53,836 bases of DNA from Pirellulales bacterium (GTDB lineage Bacteria > Planctomycetota > Planctomycetia > Pirellulales > UBA1268), in contig JBIIIP010000004.1 in NCBI GenBank assembly GCA_044234625.1, forward strand, positions 1 to 53,836. The letters are read 5' to 3'. The position numbers and the translations under genes were made by a program. Positions 8,872 to 19,051 of the stretch are shown one piece after another. Every line of letters starts with the position of its first letter. The first letter of the stretch is position 1. Below the pieces are notes generated by a model that saw only the letters and a program-made list of their open reading frames with translations, searched no databases and was not told the origin of the DNA.

Positions 8872-11800
8872 CTACGACAGCAGCAGCTCGACATCCTCGG
8901 GCGAGAGGCTCGAGATCATGCTCTCGTCGGCCTGCACGATCGACTCGGCCAACTCGCGTTTGCGATCCTGGAGGGCGAGGATCTTCTCCTCGACCGTGTC
9001 GCGGGCGATGAGCCGATACGCGAACACGCGCCGCGTTTGGCCGATGCGGTGCGCCCGGTCGACAGCCTGGGCCTCGACGGCCGGATTCCACCACGGGTCG
9101 AGGATGTAGATGTAGTCGGCTGCGGTGAGGTTGAGGCCCTGCCCGCCCGCCTTGAGCGAGATGAGAAACAGCCGGCAGTCGGGGTCTTCCTGGAACCGCT
9201 GCACCCGGGCCTGCCTGTCGGTTGTTTTGCCGTCGAGGTATTCGTAGACGGTGCCCCGGGCGTCGAGCTGCCGCCGGAGGATGGCGAGAAAGCTGGTGAA
9301 CTGGCTGAAGATCAGCACCTTGTGCCCCTCGTCGAGCACCTCGTCGAGCTGTTCGAGAAGGGTCTCCAGCTTGGCGCCCGGCTCGTCGACACGGTCGTGG
9401 GCGATGAGTCCCGGGTGGCAGGCGGCTTGCCGCAGCCTCAAGAGCGCTTCCAGCACGGCGATCCGCGAGCGGCCGATTCCCATCCGGCCGATCCGGTTGG
9501 CCAGCTCCTGACGGTAGTGCTCGCGGAGCTCGTCGTAGGCCTTCCGCTGCTCGGGCCCGAGCTCGCAGAACAACGTCTGCTCGGTCTTCTCCGGCAGATC
9601 GGCGAGCACCTGCGCCTTGGTGCGGCGGAGCAGGTAGGGACGCACGGCCCGCGCCACGACCTCGGCGGCATGGCCGCGGCCGCCGGTGAGGAACTTCTTC
9701 AGCCGTGCCGCGCTGCCAAGCTGGCCCGGATTGAGAAACTCGAAAATGCTCCACAGTTCGCCGATGTGGTTCTCCACGGGCGTGCCCGTGACGGCCAGGC
9801 GATGCCGCGCGGTGAGCAGCCGGCACGCCTTGGCCGCCTGGCTGGAGGCATTCTTGATCGACTGCGCTTCGTCGAGAACGACGTAGTCGAACTCGACATT
9901 CCGATGCTGCAGCACGTCGCGGCGCAGCGTGCCGTAGGTCGTGAGCACGATGTCGTACTCGGTGATCGTGCCGGCCGCCTCCAGGCGGGTGTTGCCCGTG
10001 TGATTGAGCACCCGGAGGCTCGGGGCGAACCGGCGTGCCTCGTCGATCCAGTTGAAGATCAGGCTCTTGGGCACGACCACGAGGGATGGCCGGTGGGCGA
10101 TGCCCGACTCCGCGAAGACGCCCTGGCGGCGGACCAGGAGGGCGAGCACCTGGATCGTCTTGCCGAGGCCCATGTCGTCGGCGAGGCAGCCGCCGAGCCC
10201 CATGCGTTCGAGAAAGGCGAGCCAGCCGAGCCCTTCACGCTGGTAGTGCCGCAGCGTGCCCTCGAAACCGGCCGGCTCATTCTCGGCTTCGGGCCGCTCG
10301 CCCGCGGCGAGCTCCTCGCGGATGCGCTCGAAGGCGTCGTCCACGTGCGACGCGGGCTGGCTGGCGAGGAGGGCGTCGAGCAGCGCGACCTGGATCCGTC
10401 CATACCGCAGCCGCCCGTCGTGTTTCTGTGCCAGGGCGATCATCGGCTCGAACTGCGCGGCGAGGTCGTCGGGAAGAATGCCCACTGAGCCGTCGGAGAG
10501 TTCCACGGAGCGGTCGCCGCGAGCCAGGGCCTCGAGCAGTTCCGGCATGCCTGCGCTGACGCCTCCGAAATCGACGGTGCCAGACAGTTCGAACCAGTCG
10601 ATGCCGCTGGTGACGTTCCAGGCGACGCTGCCGGCCGGTCGGTAGCGACGCCCCGCCACTTCCACGGCCCAGCCTGCCGCCGCCAACAGCGGCACGGAGG
10701 CATCGAGTCGGGCCCGGGGAATCTCCACGTGATGCGGCGACGGCTCCGCGTCGTCGAGCGGCTTGGCTGCCGATGCGCCGTGCCGAGGCAGCACCGCCAA
10801 GGCGTCGCGCTCGGCCGTTCGGTGGCGGCGCACGAACACCCGCCGGGCCGCGTCGGCGGCACCGCCGGCAGGGTCGTCGGCGGCGATCTGCATGCCGGCG
10901 TAGTCGAACCACACGGTGCCTGCCAGGTTCACCCGCGGCGTCATACGGCGTCGCCCAGGGCGGGCCCGATCGGCAGCGTCGCCGTCGTTATCGGCGATCG
11001 CGGGGGCATCGCCCAAGACGAGCTTTGGCCGCGGCAGGCCCGATTCGATCCGCCATCCTGTCCATCCCGGGAGCACGAGCCGTGGCAAGTCGGCCAGCCC
11101 GGCGAGCCGCTCCACGAGGCCGTCGACCTGCGCGCCGGAGAGTTCGATCGGGCCGCGGCGCTCGAACTGCTCCATCCAGGCCGCCGCCAGCCCGCTGCCG
11201 GCCGCATCGTCGCTGGCGAGCCTTGCCAGCCGATCGCGAAACACGATGAACCCCGAGCGGAGGATGGCCCGCGGTTCCTTGAGGCTCAGCCGTTCACTGC
11301 CGCGGACGAGCATTCCCTGGAGCGAGGCCTTGGCGGGCACGCGTGGGGAGCGGCCGGCAGCCGGGCCGTCATCCGCGATCGCCACGGAGAGGCTCGCATC
11401 GTCGTCCGGACCGAGCACGAGGGCGAATTCCCAGGGCCGACCGCCATCCCATGCCAGCGGCTCGACGAGGTCCGGCTGCCGGCGCGGCTCCGGCTGCACG
11501 ACGAGCCTCCCGGTCTCGCAGAGCATTGCCAGGTCGGCCGCCGCCGACTGCGGGCTCACGGCGATGCGGGAGATCGTGCGTCGCTCCAGCGGTCGCGCCG
11601 CGCCGATCTCGTCGATCGCCACCGTGCCGATGAGCTGGGCCACGATCGACTGTTCCTGGCTGTCGAGATCCCCGAACTCCACGTCCCCCGGGCCGATGAT
11701 GACCGGCCGCGGCCGGCCGGTCGCCTGCCCGGCCACGTCGAGTTGCATCCGGCTGGGAACGAGCACGGCCACGTGGGATTCGAGCGAGGCGGCGATGTCA

Positions 11801-12369
11801 AGCACGAAAACCAGCGCCCCCGCCTGCCGGCGCGCGTCTCCCAGCGCCACGCCCCGGGTCCGCACCGCCGGCTCTACCAGCCGGCGCCGGTCTTCGAGTT
11901 CGGTCGCCCAGGCCGGCATCCGCCCGGCGCTGCGGCGCGGGGCCACTGCCACCCGGCCTCCCCCGGGAGACGGTGCAGCCGGAGTGTCGTCTTCGACCCT
12001 ATCTTCGCCTTGTGCCAGTTCTTCCACGGCGTCGTCGGCCGCGACGATTTCGAGAGACACGGGCGCCTGGTCCGGGATCGAGGAGAACAGCGACCGGCGA
12101 TCGATCTCCAGCAGGGCGGCGGCAAGCAAGGGGCATGGCTTGCCCATGCGGCCGCGGTCGCTCGTCGACCGGCTTTCGAGCGTCATGCCGCCACGGCGGC
12201 CGACGGCGAGTTCGAGCATGACTTCGTCGGTCGCGCCTGAGTCGTGCCGGAAGATGGCCCGCACCAGCCCGACCCGCGGGCAGGAGAGCCGCGTTGGGGT
12301 GATGCCGCGGGCGGCCTCGATGTCGGCCGCGGAGAAATGCTTGAAGAGGCGGCGTTCGAGCGACGTCAT
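8872..12369 (-). CDS. SNF2-family (Swi2/Snf2) helicase/ATPase
   Basis: LRHYQREG, LADDMGLGKT, DEAQ, TGTPVEN, LIFSQF, SLKAGGQGLNL, PWWNPAVEAQAVDRAHRIGQ. Start set to MTSLERR. Confidence 0.93.
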   Translation of the reverse strand: MTSLERRLFKHFSAADIEAARGITPTRLSCPRVGLVRAIFRHDSGATDEVMLELAVGRRGGMTLESRSTSDRGRMGKPCPLLAAALLEIDRRSLFSSIPDQAPVSLEIVAADDAVEELAQGEDRVEDDTPAAPSPGGGRVAVAPRRSAGRMPAWATELEDRRRLVEPAVRTRGVALGDARRQAGALVFVLDIAASLESHVAVLVPSRMQLDVAGQATGRPRPVIIGPGDVEFGDLDSQEQSIVAQLIGTVAIDEIGAARPLERRTISRIAVSPQSAAADLAMLCETGRLVVQPEPRRQPDLVEPLAWDGGRPWEFALVLGPDDDASLSVAIADDGPAAGRSPRVPAKASLQGMLVRGSERLSLKEPRAILRSGFIVFRDRLARLASDDAAGSGLAAAWMEQFERRGPIELSGAQVDGLVERLAGLADLPRLVLPGWTGWRIESGLPRPKLVLGDAPAIADNDGDAADRARPGRRRMTPRVNLAGTVWFDYAGMQIAADDPAGGAADAARRVFVRRHRTAERDALAVLPRHGASAAKPLDDAEPSPHHVEIPRARLDASVPLLAAAGWAVEVAGRRYRPAGSVAWNVTSGIDWFELSGTVDFGGVSAGMPELLEALARGDRSVELSDGSVGILPDDLAAQFEPMIALAQKHDGRLRYGRIQVALLDALLASQPASHVDDAFERIREELAAGERPEAENEPAGFEGTLRHYQREGLGWLAFLERMGLGGCLADDMGLGKTIQVLALLVRRQGVFAESGIAHRPSLVVVPKSLIFNWIDEARRFAPSLRVLNHTGNTRLEAAGTITEYDIVLTTYGTLRRDVLQHRNVEFDYVVLDEAQSIKNASSQAAKACRLLTARHRLAVTGTPVENHIGELWSIFEFLNPGQLGSAARLKKFLTGGRGHAAEVVARAVRPYLLRRTKAQVLADLPEKTEQTLFCELGPEQRKAYDELREHYRQELANRIGRMGIGRSRIAVLEALLRLRQAACHPGLIAHDRVDEPGAKLETLLEQLDEVLDEGHKVLIFSQFTSFLAILRRQLDARGTVYEYLDGKTTDRQARVQRFQEDPDCRLFLISLKAGGQGLNLTAADYIYILDPWWNPAVEAQAVDRAHRIGQTRRVFAYRLIARDTVEEKILALQDRKRELAESIVQADESMISSLSPEDVELLLS

Positions 12370-12527
12370 GCGGTGGGAGCCAGGGGTGAGTGCATTGCGC
12401 ACGACGACAGGGTGCCGGAGGGCCGCCGGCGCCGAACATGCCAGTGTATCGTGGATCGCTGCCCGATTGCGAGTGCCGCGCATCCGAGCGGACACCGACC
12501 GGGTTCGCGGGCTGCGGCGGTGCCGCG

Positions 12528-13604
12528 TCAGCCCTGCTTGACCGTCGCGATCAGTTCGAGCACGTTCTCCACCGGCGTGCCGGGGAGCACGCCGTGGCCC
12601 AGGTTGAAGATATGGCCCGGGCGGCCGGCGACGCCGGCGAGAATCTCCTTGGTCCGGCGGTGGACCGTGCCGCGGTCGGCGAGCAGCACCGCGGGCTCCA
12701 GGTTTCCCTGCACTGCACGGTCGGTTCCGATCATGCGCCAGGCATCGGCGAGATCGATGCGCCAGTCGACACCGATCACCGATCCTCCCGCTTCCTTGAG
12801 CAGGGGCAGGAGGGCGGGATTGCCCGTGGCGAAATGGATCACCGGGGCCCGCTTCGCCACCTCGGTGATCGCTGTGCGGCTGTGGGGGAGCACGTAGCGC
12901 CGGTAATCGTCGGGTCCGAGGCAGCCCACCCAGCTGTCGAAGAGCTGCACGATCTGGGCGCCGGCATCGACTTGGGCCACGAGATAGCGGCTGACCGCGC
13001 GGGCCAGCTTCGCCATCAGGTCGTGCCAGGCGGTCTCGTGGCGATACATCATCCCCTTCGTGTGCAGCCAGGCCCGGCTGGTTCCTCCCTCCACGCAGTA
13101 ACTGGCGAGGGTGAAGGGCGCGCCGGCGAAGCCGATCACCGGAATGGCATCATCGAGTCCCGCCCGGGTGGCCTGCACCACGTCCATCACGAATCCCATG
13201 GGGCCGACGTCGTCGAGTTCGCGGAGCCGATCGACGTCGCCCGGCTCGCGGAGTGGGTTGTGGATCACGGGCCCTTCGCCCGCGGCGAATTCGAGGTCCA
13301 TCCCCATCGGCTCGAGCAGCGGGAGGAGGTCGCTGAAGATGATCGCCGCGTCGACGCCCAGCCGCTCGACCGTGGCGATCATCACCTCGGCGGAGAGCCG
13401 CGGGTTCTTGCACAGCTCCATGAAGCCGACTTTTTCCCGCACCGCCCGGTATTCGGGGAGGTAGCGGCCCGCCTGGCGCATCAGCCACACCGGCGTCCGC
13501 TCCACCGGCTCCATGCGGCAGGCCCGCATCATCAGCGATTGGCGGCGGCGTTCCTGAGCCGTCATGGCCGTGGACGGAGCGACTGGCTGGGGCGGCGTGG
13601 GCAT
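12528..13604 (-). CDS. hemE: Uroporphyrinogen decarboxylase
   Basis: PVWLMRQAGRYLPEY, AAIIFSD, GFAGAPFTLASY, QLFDSW, QGNLEP, FNLGHG. Confidence 0.97.
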   Translation of the reverse strand: MPTPPQPVAPSTAMTAQERRRQSLMMRACRMEPVERTPVWLMRQAGRYLPEYRAVREKVGFMELCKNPRLSAEVMIATVERLGVDAAIIFSDLLPLLEPMGMDLEFAAGEGPVIHNPLREPGDVDRLRELDDVGPMGFVMDVVQATRAGLDDAIPVIGFAGAPFTLASYCVEGGTSRAWLHTKGMMYRHETAWHDLMAKLARAVSRYLVAQVDAGAQIVQLFDSWVGCLGPDDYRRYVLPHSRTAITEVAKRAPVIHFATGNPALLPLLKEAGGSVIGVDWRIDLADAWRMIGTDRAVQGNLEPAVLLADRGTVHRRTKEILAGVAGRPGHIFNLGHGVLPGTPVENVLELIATVKQG

Positions 13605-13611
13605 CGTGGCG

Positions 13612-13617
13612 AGTATA
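13612..13617 (-). promoter_or_regulatory. -10 element 7 nt upstream of the hemE ATG (leaderless-type)
   Basis: Minus strand TATACT-cgccacg-ATG; no SD. Confidence 0.5.
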
Positions 13618-13681
13618 CCGCCGAAATGCGCCCGTCGTGTTCGGGGCGATTAGAATGCCGGGACGGATTTACGGCCATCGC

Positions 13682-14563
13682 ATGCTCGACTTCATCTCGC
13701 GGATCTCCGTCGTCTGCTTCGCCGCGAGCTATGCCGTGGCCTTGGCGTGCGAGGCATCGCGGCTGTTGTTTCGCTCCGGCATCCGCGGGGCGGTGATGGT
13801 GGGCTTCGCTGCCGCCGGTGTGCTCGCGCATACGGCGTTTCTCGGCTGGCGGGCGGCGACGGAGGCGGCCGTGCCGCTCTCCAGCCCGTTCGACTGGTAT
13901 CTGCTCGCCGCCTGGATGCTGGCCCTCACGTCTCTGGCCCTCACGCTCTCGAGCCCGCGCACGCCAGTGGGGCTGTTCATGCTCCCGGTCGTGCTCGGGC
14001 TCATCGGGGCCGCGGTGCTTTCCAGCCGCGAGCCGTTTCCGCAGAGCCCGGCGACGCAGGTGTGGGGCATGATCCACGGTGGATTCAATCTGGCGGCGAG
14101 CGTGGCCGTGGCGTTTGGCGCGATCGCCGGCCTCATGTGGCTGATCCAGGCGGGGCGGCTGGCCCGCAAGGAAGCGCCGATGCGCGGCTTCCGCATGCCG
14201 AGCCTGGAGCGGCTGTCGCACACCACACGGCACACGATGACGCTCGCCGCGTGGACGGCCGCGGCCGGCTTCACGTCGGGCATCGTCCTCAACGCCGTCA
14301 ACAAGCAGCGCGGCCTGCTCGAGACCGTGCCGTGGACCGATCCCGTCGTGCTGCGCATGGCGGCGCTCGTCACGTGGCTGGTGGTCGCGGCGGTGGCGGC
14401 CCGGGGTCTCATCCGGCGGCCGGGGGCCGGGCGGACGCTCGCCTGGATGTCTCTGGCGAGCTTCCTGCTCCTCACGGCATCGATCCTGTGGGGTGTGTTC
14501 GGTCAGACGCGGCATGGTGTGCCGCCCACCGGCCAAGCTGCCACCCGCGAGGCCGCGCAATGA
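13682..14563 (+). CDS. Cytochrome c assembly / HemX-CcsA-like membrane protein
   Basis: About 8 TM segments, WGMIH, PSLERL and WTDP motifs; coupled (ATGA) to hemA, the usual context for this family. Confidence 0.8.
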   Translation: MLDFISRISVVCFAASYAVALACEASRLLFRSGIRGAVMVGFAAAGVLAHTAFLGWRAATEAAVPLSSPFDWYLLAAWMLALTSLALTLSSPRTPVGLFMLPVVLGLIGAAVLSSREPFPQSPATQVWGMIHGGFNLAASVAVAFGAIAGLMWLIQAGRLARKEAPMRGFRMPSLERLSHTTRHTMTLAAWTAAAGFTSGIVLNAVNKQRGLLETVPWTDPVVLRMAALVTWLVVAAVAARGLIRRPGAGRTLAWMSLASFLLLTASILWGVFGQTRHGVPPTGQAATREAAQ

Positions 14564-15834
14564 CCCTGGCCTTCGTTGGCGGAACGCACCGCACCGTGCC
14601 CCTGCCCCTGCGCGAGCGGCTGGCCTTTTCGGCAGAGCAGGCGGCCGACGCCCTGCGCCGCTTTCGCGACCGGTTTCCCGGCCGCGAGGGCGTGCTCCTT
14701 TCGACCTGCAACCGCGTCGAGTTGTACGCCGCCGGAGAAAGCGACGCGGCGCCACCCGCCCGTGAGCAGCTCGTGTCGTTCCTCGCCGAGTGCCGTGGCA
14801 TCGATGCCGGCTTGCTCGTGCCGGTGCTCGCGGGCGAGAGTGACGAGGCCGTGGTGCGGCACCTGTTCAGCGTAGCGTCGGGGCTCGACAGCATGGTGCT
14901 CGGCGAGCCGCAGATCGTGGCCCAGGTGAAGCAGGCCTGGGCGATCGCGCAGGAAAGCCGGACGACCGGGCCGCTCACCGGCGAGATGTTTCAGGCCGCG
15001 TTGCGCACGGCCAAGCGGGTGGCCACGGAGACGGCGCTCGGCCGGGAGCGGCTCTCCATCCCCAGCATCGCCGTCACCGAGTTCGTGAGCGGCGTGTTCG
15101 AGCGGTTCGACGACAAGCGCGTGCTGCTCATCGGTGCGGGAAAGATGGCGCGGGAAACGCTCCGCTACGTGCGCGAGGCAGGCGCCCGCGATGTCGCCAT
15201 CGTGAACCGCACGGCCGACCGGGCCCGTGGCCTGGCGGCCGAGCTGCAGGCGCGGGCCGCGTCATTTGCGGCGTTGGCCGACGAGTTGACGGCGGCCGAC
15301 CTGGTCGTGAGCACGACGGGGGCCACCGATCCGGTCGTGACGCTCGATCTCTACCGGCAGGTGGAGTCGCGGCGGGGAGCGCGGCCGCTGGTGATCCTCG
15401 ACCTGGCCATCCCCCGGGATTTCGATCCACGGATCGGTGCGGCGCCCGACGTGTGGCTGTATTCCATCGACGACCTGGCGAAAGCCTGCGAGGCCAACCG
15501 CAAGAGCCGGCAGCGGGAGATGCCGGCAGCGGTGTCGATCGTCGAGGAAGAGACGCGGCGGTTCATGGGAGAGCTCCACCACCGCTCATCGGCGCCCGTG
15601 ATCGCGCGGTTGCGGGCCGGCTGGACCGAGACCGGCGACGCGGAACTGGAGCGTCTTTTCCGCCGGCTCCCCGCGCTCGACGACGCAGCCCGCGCCGAGA
15701 TCCGGCAGGCCTTCGAGCGGTATGCGGCGAAAATGCTCCACTCGCCGCTCACGTCGCTCCGCGCTGAGAGCCATTCCGGCCCGCCGCACGGCCTGCTCGA
15801 CGCCCTGAAGCGGCTCTTCGATCTCAAGGACTGA
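14560..15834 (+). CDS. hemA: Glutamyl-tRNA reductase
   Basis: LSTCNRVE, HLFSVASGLDSMVLGEPQI, IGAGKM, NRT and DLAIPRD motifs. Confidence 0.97.
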   Translation: MTLAFVGGTHRTVPLPLRERLAFSAEQAADALRRFRDRFPGREGVLLSTCNRVELYAAGESDAAPPAREQLVSFLAECRGIDAGLLVPVLAGESDEAVVRHLFSVASGLDSMVLGEPQIVAQVKQAWAIAQESRTTGPLTGEMFQAALRTAKRVATETALGRERLSIPSIAVTEFVSGVFERFDDKRVLLIGAGKMARETLRYVREAGARDVAIVNRTADRARGLAAELQARAASFAALADELTAADLVVSTTGATDPVVTLDLYRQVESRRGARPLVILDLAIPRDFDPRIGAAPDVWLYSIDDLAKACEANRKSRQREMPAAVSIVEEETRRFMGELHHRSSAPVIARLRAGWTETGDAELERLFRRLPALDDAARAEIRQAFERYAAKMLHSPLTSLRAESHSGPPHGLLDALKRLFDLKD

Positions 15835-15857
15835 CGTCCACTTCACGCCGTGCCGAT

Positions 15858-16970
15858 TCAGCGCGTGGGCGCGAGGCAGTGCGAAAGAGCGAGGAGCGCG
15901 TAGGCCGTGACGAGGTTCGGGTCTCCCTCCATCCACCGCGGCGTCGCGTTCACCCACGAGCCATCCGCCTGCTGGCGACCGATGATTGAGTCCGCGAGTT
16001 CGCTGCGCCAGGCGTGCTTCACGCTCTTGTCGTCGGTGAACGTCTCTTCGCCAAACGTGTCGAGCGCCTTGGCGGCGGTATGGAAATAGTAATAGAGACC
16101 GGCGTCTCCCATGCCTGGGTTCTGCTCGAACGTGTAGTTTTTGGCCAACCACGCGACGGCCGCCTTCACGCGGGGATCATCCTTGGCAAGCCCGGCGAAG
16201 ATCATGCTCTTCAACCCGGCGTAGGTCATCGAGCCATAGCTCCGCAGGCCGCCTTCGGGCGTCGTACCCGCCTGGCTCTCGCCGCCGGCCGCCGGCGTGT
16301 AATAGAAGCCGCCATCGGGGTTCTTGGCGGCGAAGGGAAGCGTGTTGTGGGGGCCTTCGAGGTTTTGCGTCCGCGACACGAAGACCAGTGCCCGCTGGAT
16401 GGCCGGATCGTCGGCGCCCGCACCCGCGCTGCGCAGGGCCTCGATCAGGAATGAAGTGTTCGAGAGATCGGGGCGATTCTTCTTGCCGTAGCCGGCGCCG
16501 CCGAAGGCCGGGTCGGCGGGGCCAGGCCCCTCGCCATCATCCCATTGCAGCCCCTTCACGAACGCTTCGGCGGCCTCGATGTCGGCGTCGTATTTCCCGC
16601 CCGCGTTGCAGGCGGCCAGGGCCATCATGGCGATGGCGGTTTCATAATTGGCGACGAGCGACTTCTCGGGATGGATGCCTCCGTCGTCGCGCTTGAATGA
16701 CAGCAGGTACGCGAGCCCCTTCTGGATGACGGGCGCGTCGACGGGGGTGCCGGACTTCACGAGGGCTGTCACACACAGTGCGGTGATCGCCGGGCCGGCC
16801 TGCGACGAGAAACTGCCGTCTTCCGCCTGGCCCTGTCCCACGAGATAGGCCGATGCCTTGGCAACCGCCTCCTTGATCGCCACATCGTCGGCGGCCGGGG
16901 CGGAGGCAGCCAGGCAGGCGATCGCCAGCACGATGCCCGTGAGCGGAAGCCGGTGCAGCAATGGATTCAT
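15858..16970 (-). CDS. Secreted prenyltransferase/squalene-cyclase-repeat protein
   Basis: Signal peptide; QW-like repeats QAEDGSF, KRDDGGI, QQADGSW; PDLSNT; YGSMTYAGL. GGAGG SD and TATACT (16992-16987) upstream. Confidence 0.82.
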   Translation of the reverse strand: MNPLLHRLPLTGIVLAIACLAASAPAADDVAIKEAVAKASAYLVGQGQAEDGSFSSQAGPAITALCVTALVKSGTPVDAPVIQKGLAYLLSFKRDDGGIHPEKSLVANYETAIAMMALAACNAGGKYDADIEAAEAFVKGLQWDDGEGPGPADPAFGGAGYGKKNRPDLSNTSFLIEALRSAGAGADDPAIQRALVFVSRTQNLEGPHNTLPFAAKNPDGGFYYTPAAGGESQAGTTPEGGLRSYGSMTYAGLKSMIFAGLAKDDPRVKAAVAWLAKNYTFEQNPGMGDAGLYYYFHTAAKALDTFGEETFTDDKSVKHAWRSELADSIIGRQQADGSWVNATPRWMEGDPNLVTAYALLALSHCLAPTR

Positions 16971-16999
16971 GGAAACCTCCGATAAAAGTATACGCTGCG

Positions 17000-18145
17000 T
17001 CAGGGGAGGGACGCCGCTTCGTTGCCAGCCCGCGTGGCGAGTTCGCCAAGCAGGCGCACGGAAGTGTCAGCCGCCATGAAGTGCACGGATCCGTCGGCCA
17101 TGGCGACGTTCGCCCCGCCGGTGTGGAAGGCGTAGATGAGCCATCCGTTCTCGTTGGAGCCGTTGACCTTCATCAGCGGCTTTGGAATGTCGCCCGAGGT
17201 GGGGCTGTTCGTGGAGGTCCCGCACCAACCCGTTATTTTCTCGCCGAAGGAATAGGGATTGTCGTTCGTCGCCCATGCGCCGCCCTGGGCCCTGGAGCAG
17301 GCCCTGTTTCCCGAAACGCTGTCCGCATTGGCCGGATAGCGGACACGCTCGCGCCACACGTCCTCGCGGCCGGCGCATTCCGCGAGGAGGATCGTCTTCG
17401 AGAGGCCGTCGGTGATTTTGGCCAGCGTGCTGCGCGGCCGCAGTACGACAGAGGTGCCTGAGGTGGCGCAGCCGCTCCATGTCTCCGTCGGGCCTGCTCC
17501 CGCCGCGACCGTTCCAGGGGGCAACCCCGCCGCGGTGTTGAAGCTCGCCCCGACGCCCCCCACCAAGAAGTAATCGCCGCACGCTCCGGTCTTGCGCGGG
17601 GTATCGATCTTGTCCTGGATCCGATTCTGGAAGGGAGACGACGGGCACTGCAGCACTTTCAGATGGTTGCGGGCGAGTTCCCGGTTGCCGGTCGGCGACT
17701 CATCGAGCACGCCCACCGTTCCGCCGCTCGGGGCGGTGCCGTCCGCGTTCTCCCACCAGTTCTGCGAGAGGTTGTAGGTGGCCATCAGCGCCGTTTCCTC
17801 GAGGTACGACAGCACATCCGGCGCCCAGCTGCGGTGGGCCATGTTCGGCTCGCAGTTCAACGCCGCCGGCGAAAGGCTTCCCGAGTACAGCCGCTTGAGC
17901 GGTGGCAGGCACTTCTTGGCGGTTTCGTAGTTCTGAAAGGCGAGGGGGAGTTGCCGCAGATTGTTGGAACAGGAAGTCCGTCGCGCCGATTCCCGAGCGC
18001 TCTGGATGGCGGGCAGCAGCAACCCGACAAGGATGCCGATGGTCGCGACCACGACGAGCAGCTCCACGATGGTGAAGCCACGCGCGGCGCTCTTCGCCGC
18101 CCGCAGCGGCCGCGAACCACGCGGCGACAGTTTCCAGAGGGTCAT
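17000..18145 (-). CDS. DUF1559 prepilin-type N-terminal cleavage / H-X9-DG domain protein
   Basis: [44 protein letters not shown] and C-terminal [16 protein letters not shown]. Confidence 0.93.
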   Translation of the reverse strand: MTLWKLSPRGSRPLRAAKSAARGFTIVELLVVVATIGILVGLLLPAIQSARESARRTSCSNNLRQLPLAFQNYETAKKCLPPLKRLYSGSLSPAALNCEPNMAHRSWAPDVLSYLEETALMATYNLSQNWWENADGTAPSGGTVGVLDESPTGNRELARNHLKVLQCPSSPFQNRIQDKIDTPRKTGACGDYFLVGGVGASFNTAAGLPPGTVAAGAGPTETWSGCATSGTSVVLRPRSTLAKITDGLSKTILLAECAGREDVWRERVRYPANADSVSGNRACSRAQGGAWATNDNPYSFGEKITGWCGTSTNSPTSGDIPKPLMKVNGSNENGWLIYAFHTGGANVAMADGSVHFMAADTSVRLLGELATRAGNEAASLP

Positions 18146-18319
18146 CAAGGTCGGGCTCCCGGTCAACAGTATGGAACACTTCGCGTGATGGTCGTTTGGC
18201 AAACGCCATGCCGTTTCCCTGCCCTGTGGGAATCCCGGATCGCCGCGGCGTCTCCACGGCACGCTGCACGGGGGAGGTGAATGGCGCCCCGGCGGCGGGG
18301 AAGTGTTCCCCGGCGGGCG

Positions 18320-18892
18320 TCAGACCGGGGCCGTGGGCAGGGCCCGCGGGTAGGAGGGCACCTGGCGGGGCGGCGGATCCCGGCCTTCCTCGAGGCTCCA
18401 CTGCTCCCGCTCCTCGTCGGAGGCGTAGAAGGCGAGCCATACGGTGGGATCGTCGCCGTCGCCGGCACTGCAATCCCAGTGGAAGTAATTGTCGGGCACG
18501 TCGACCCGCTTCACGGCCGTGGGGAGGATGTCGCGGCGGATGAGCGCGTAGAGCTCCCGATCGGAGAGGTGATCGGTGAAGTCGAGAACGATCCGCTTGG
18601 TGAACAATTTCTCGATCGTCTGCCAGAGGCGGTCGCGGATCTGCTCGTCGTCGAGCGTGCAGGCCGGCTGGAGGGCGAGCGTCGGCTCGAACCACCGCGC
18701 GATCGGCACCAGTGGCGCCTGCTCCCAGGCGAGCATCGATTCGAGGAATCGATTCTCCGTTTCCGTCGGCAGGGTGCGAAAGTCGATTTCGAAAATGGAC
18801 TCGTCGAGATAGGGCTCGATCGCATCGCGCAACTCGGCGTTGCGGAGCAGGCACTCGATCTCTTCGGGGCCGGGGCGGTGCGTGAGCGACAT
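18320..18892 (-). CDS. Hypothetical acidic protein
   Basis: GGAGG before ATG 18892; protein-like segments LLRNAELRDAIEPY, FLESMLAWE, TDHLSDRELY, WLAFYA. Confidence 0.75.
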   Translation of the reverse strand: MSLTHRPGPEEIECLLRNAELRDAIEPYLDESIFEIDFRTLPTETENRFLESMLAWEQAPLVPIARWFEPTLALQPACTLDDEQIRDRLWQTIEKLFTKRIVLDFTDHLSDRELYALIRRDILPTAVKRVDVPDNYFHWDCSAGDGDDPTVWLAFYASDEEREQWSLEEGRDPPPRQVPSYPRALPTAPV

Positions 18893-19051
18893 GCCTCCGA
18901 CGATACCAACGGCGGCCTGCCGTTCAACGAATCGAGCCGCGTTTTTCCAGGGTTTTTCCCCGGAGCGGTCGCTACGATCGCTACGAAGCGACGACTTTTC
19001 GCCGCCTGCCATGCCGACCCGGATTGCCGGCCCCGCCAGCGACGGGCGGCA

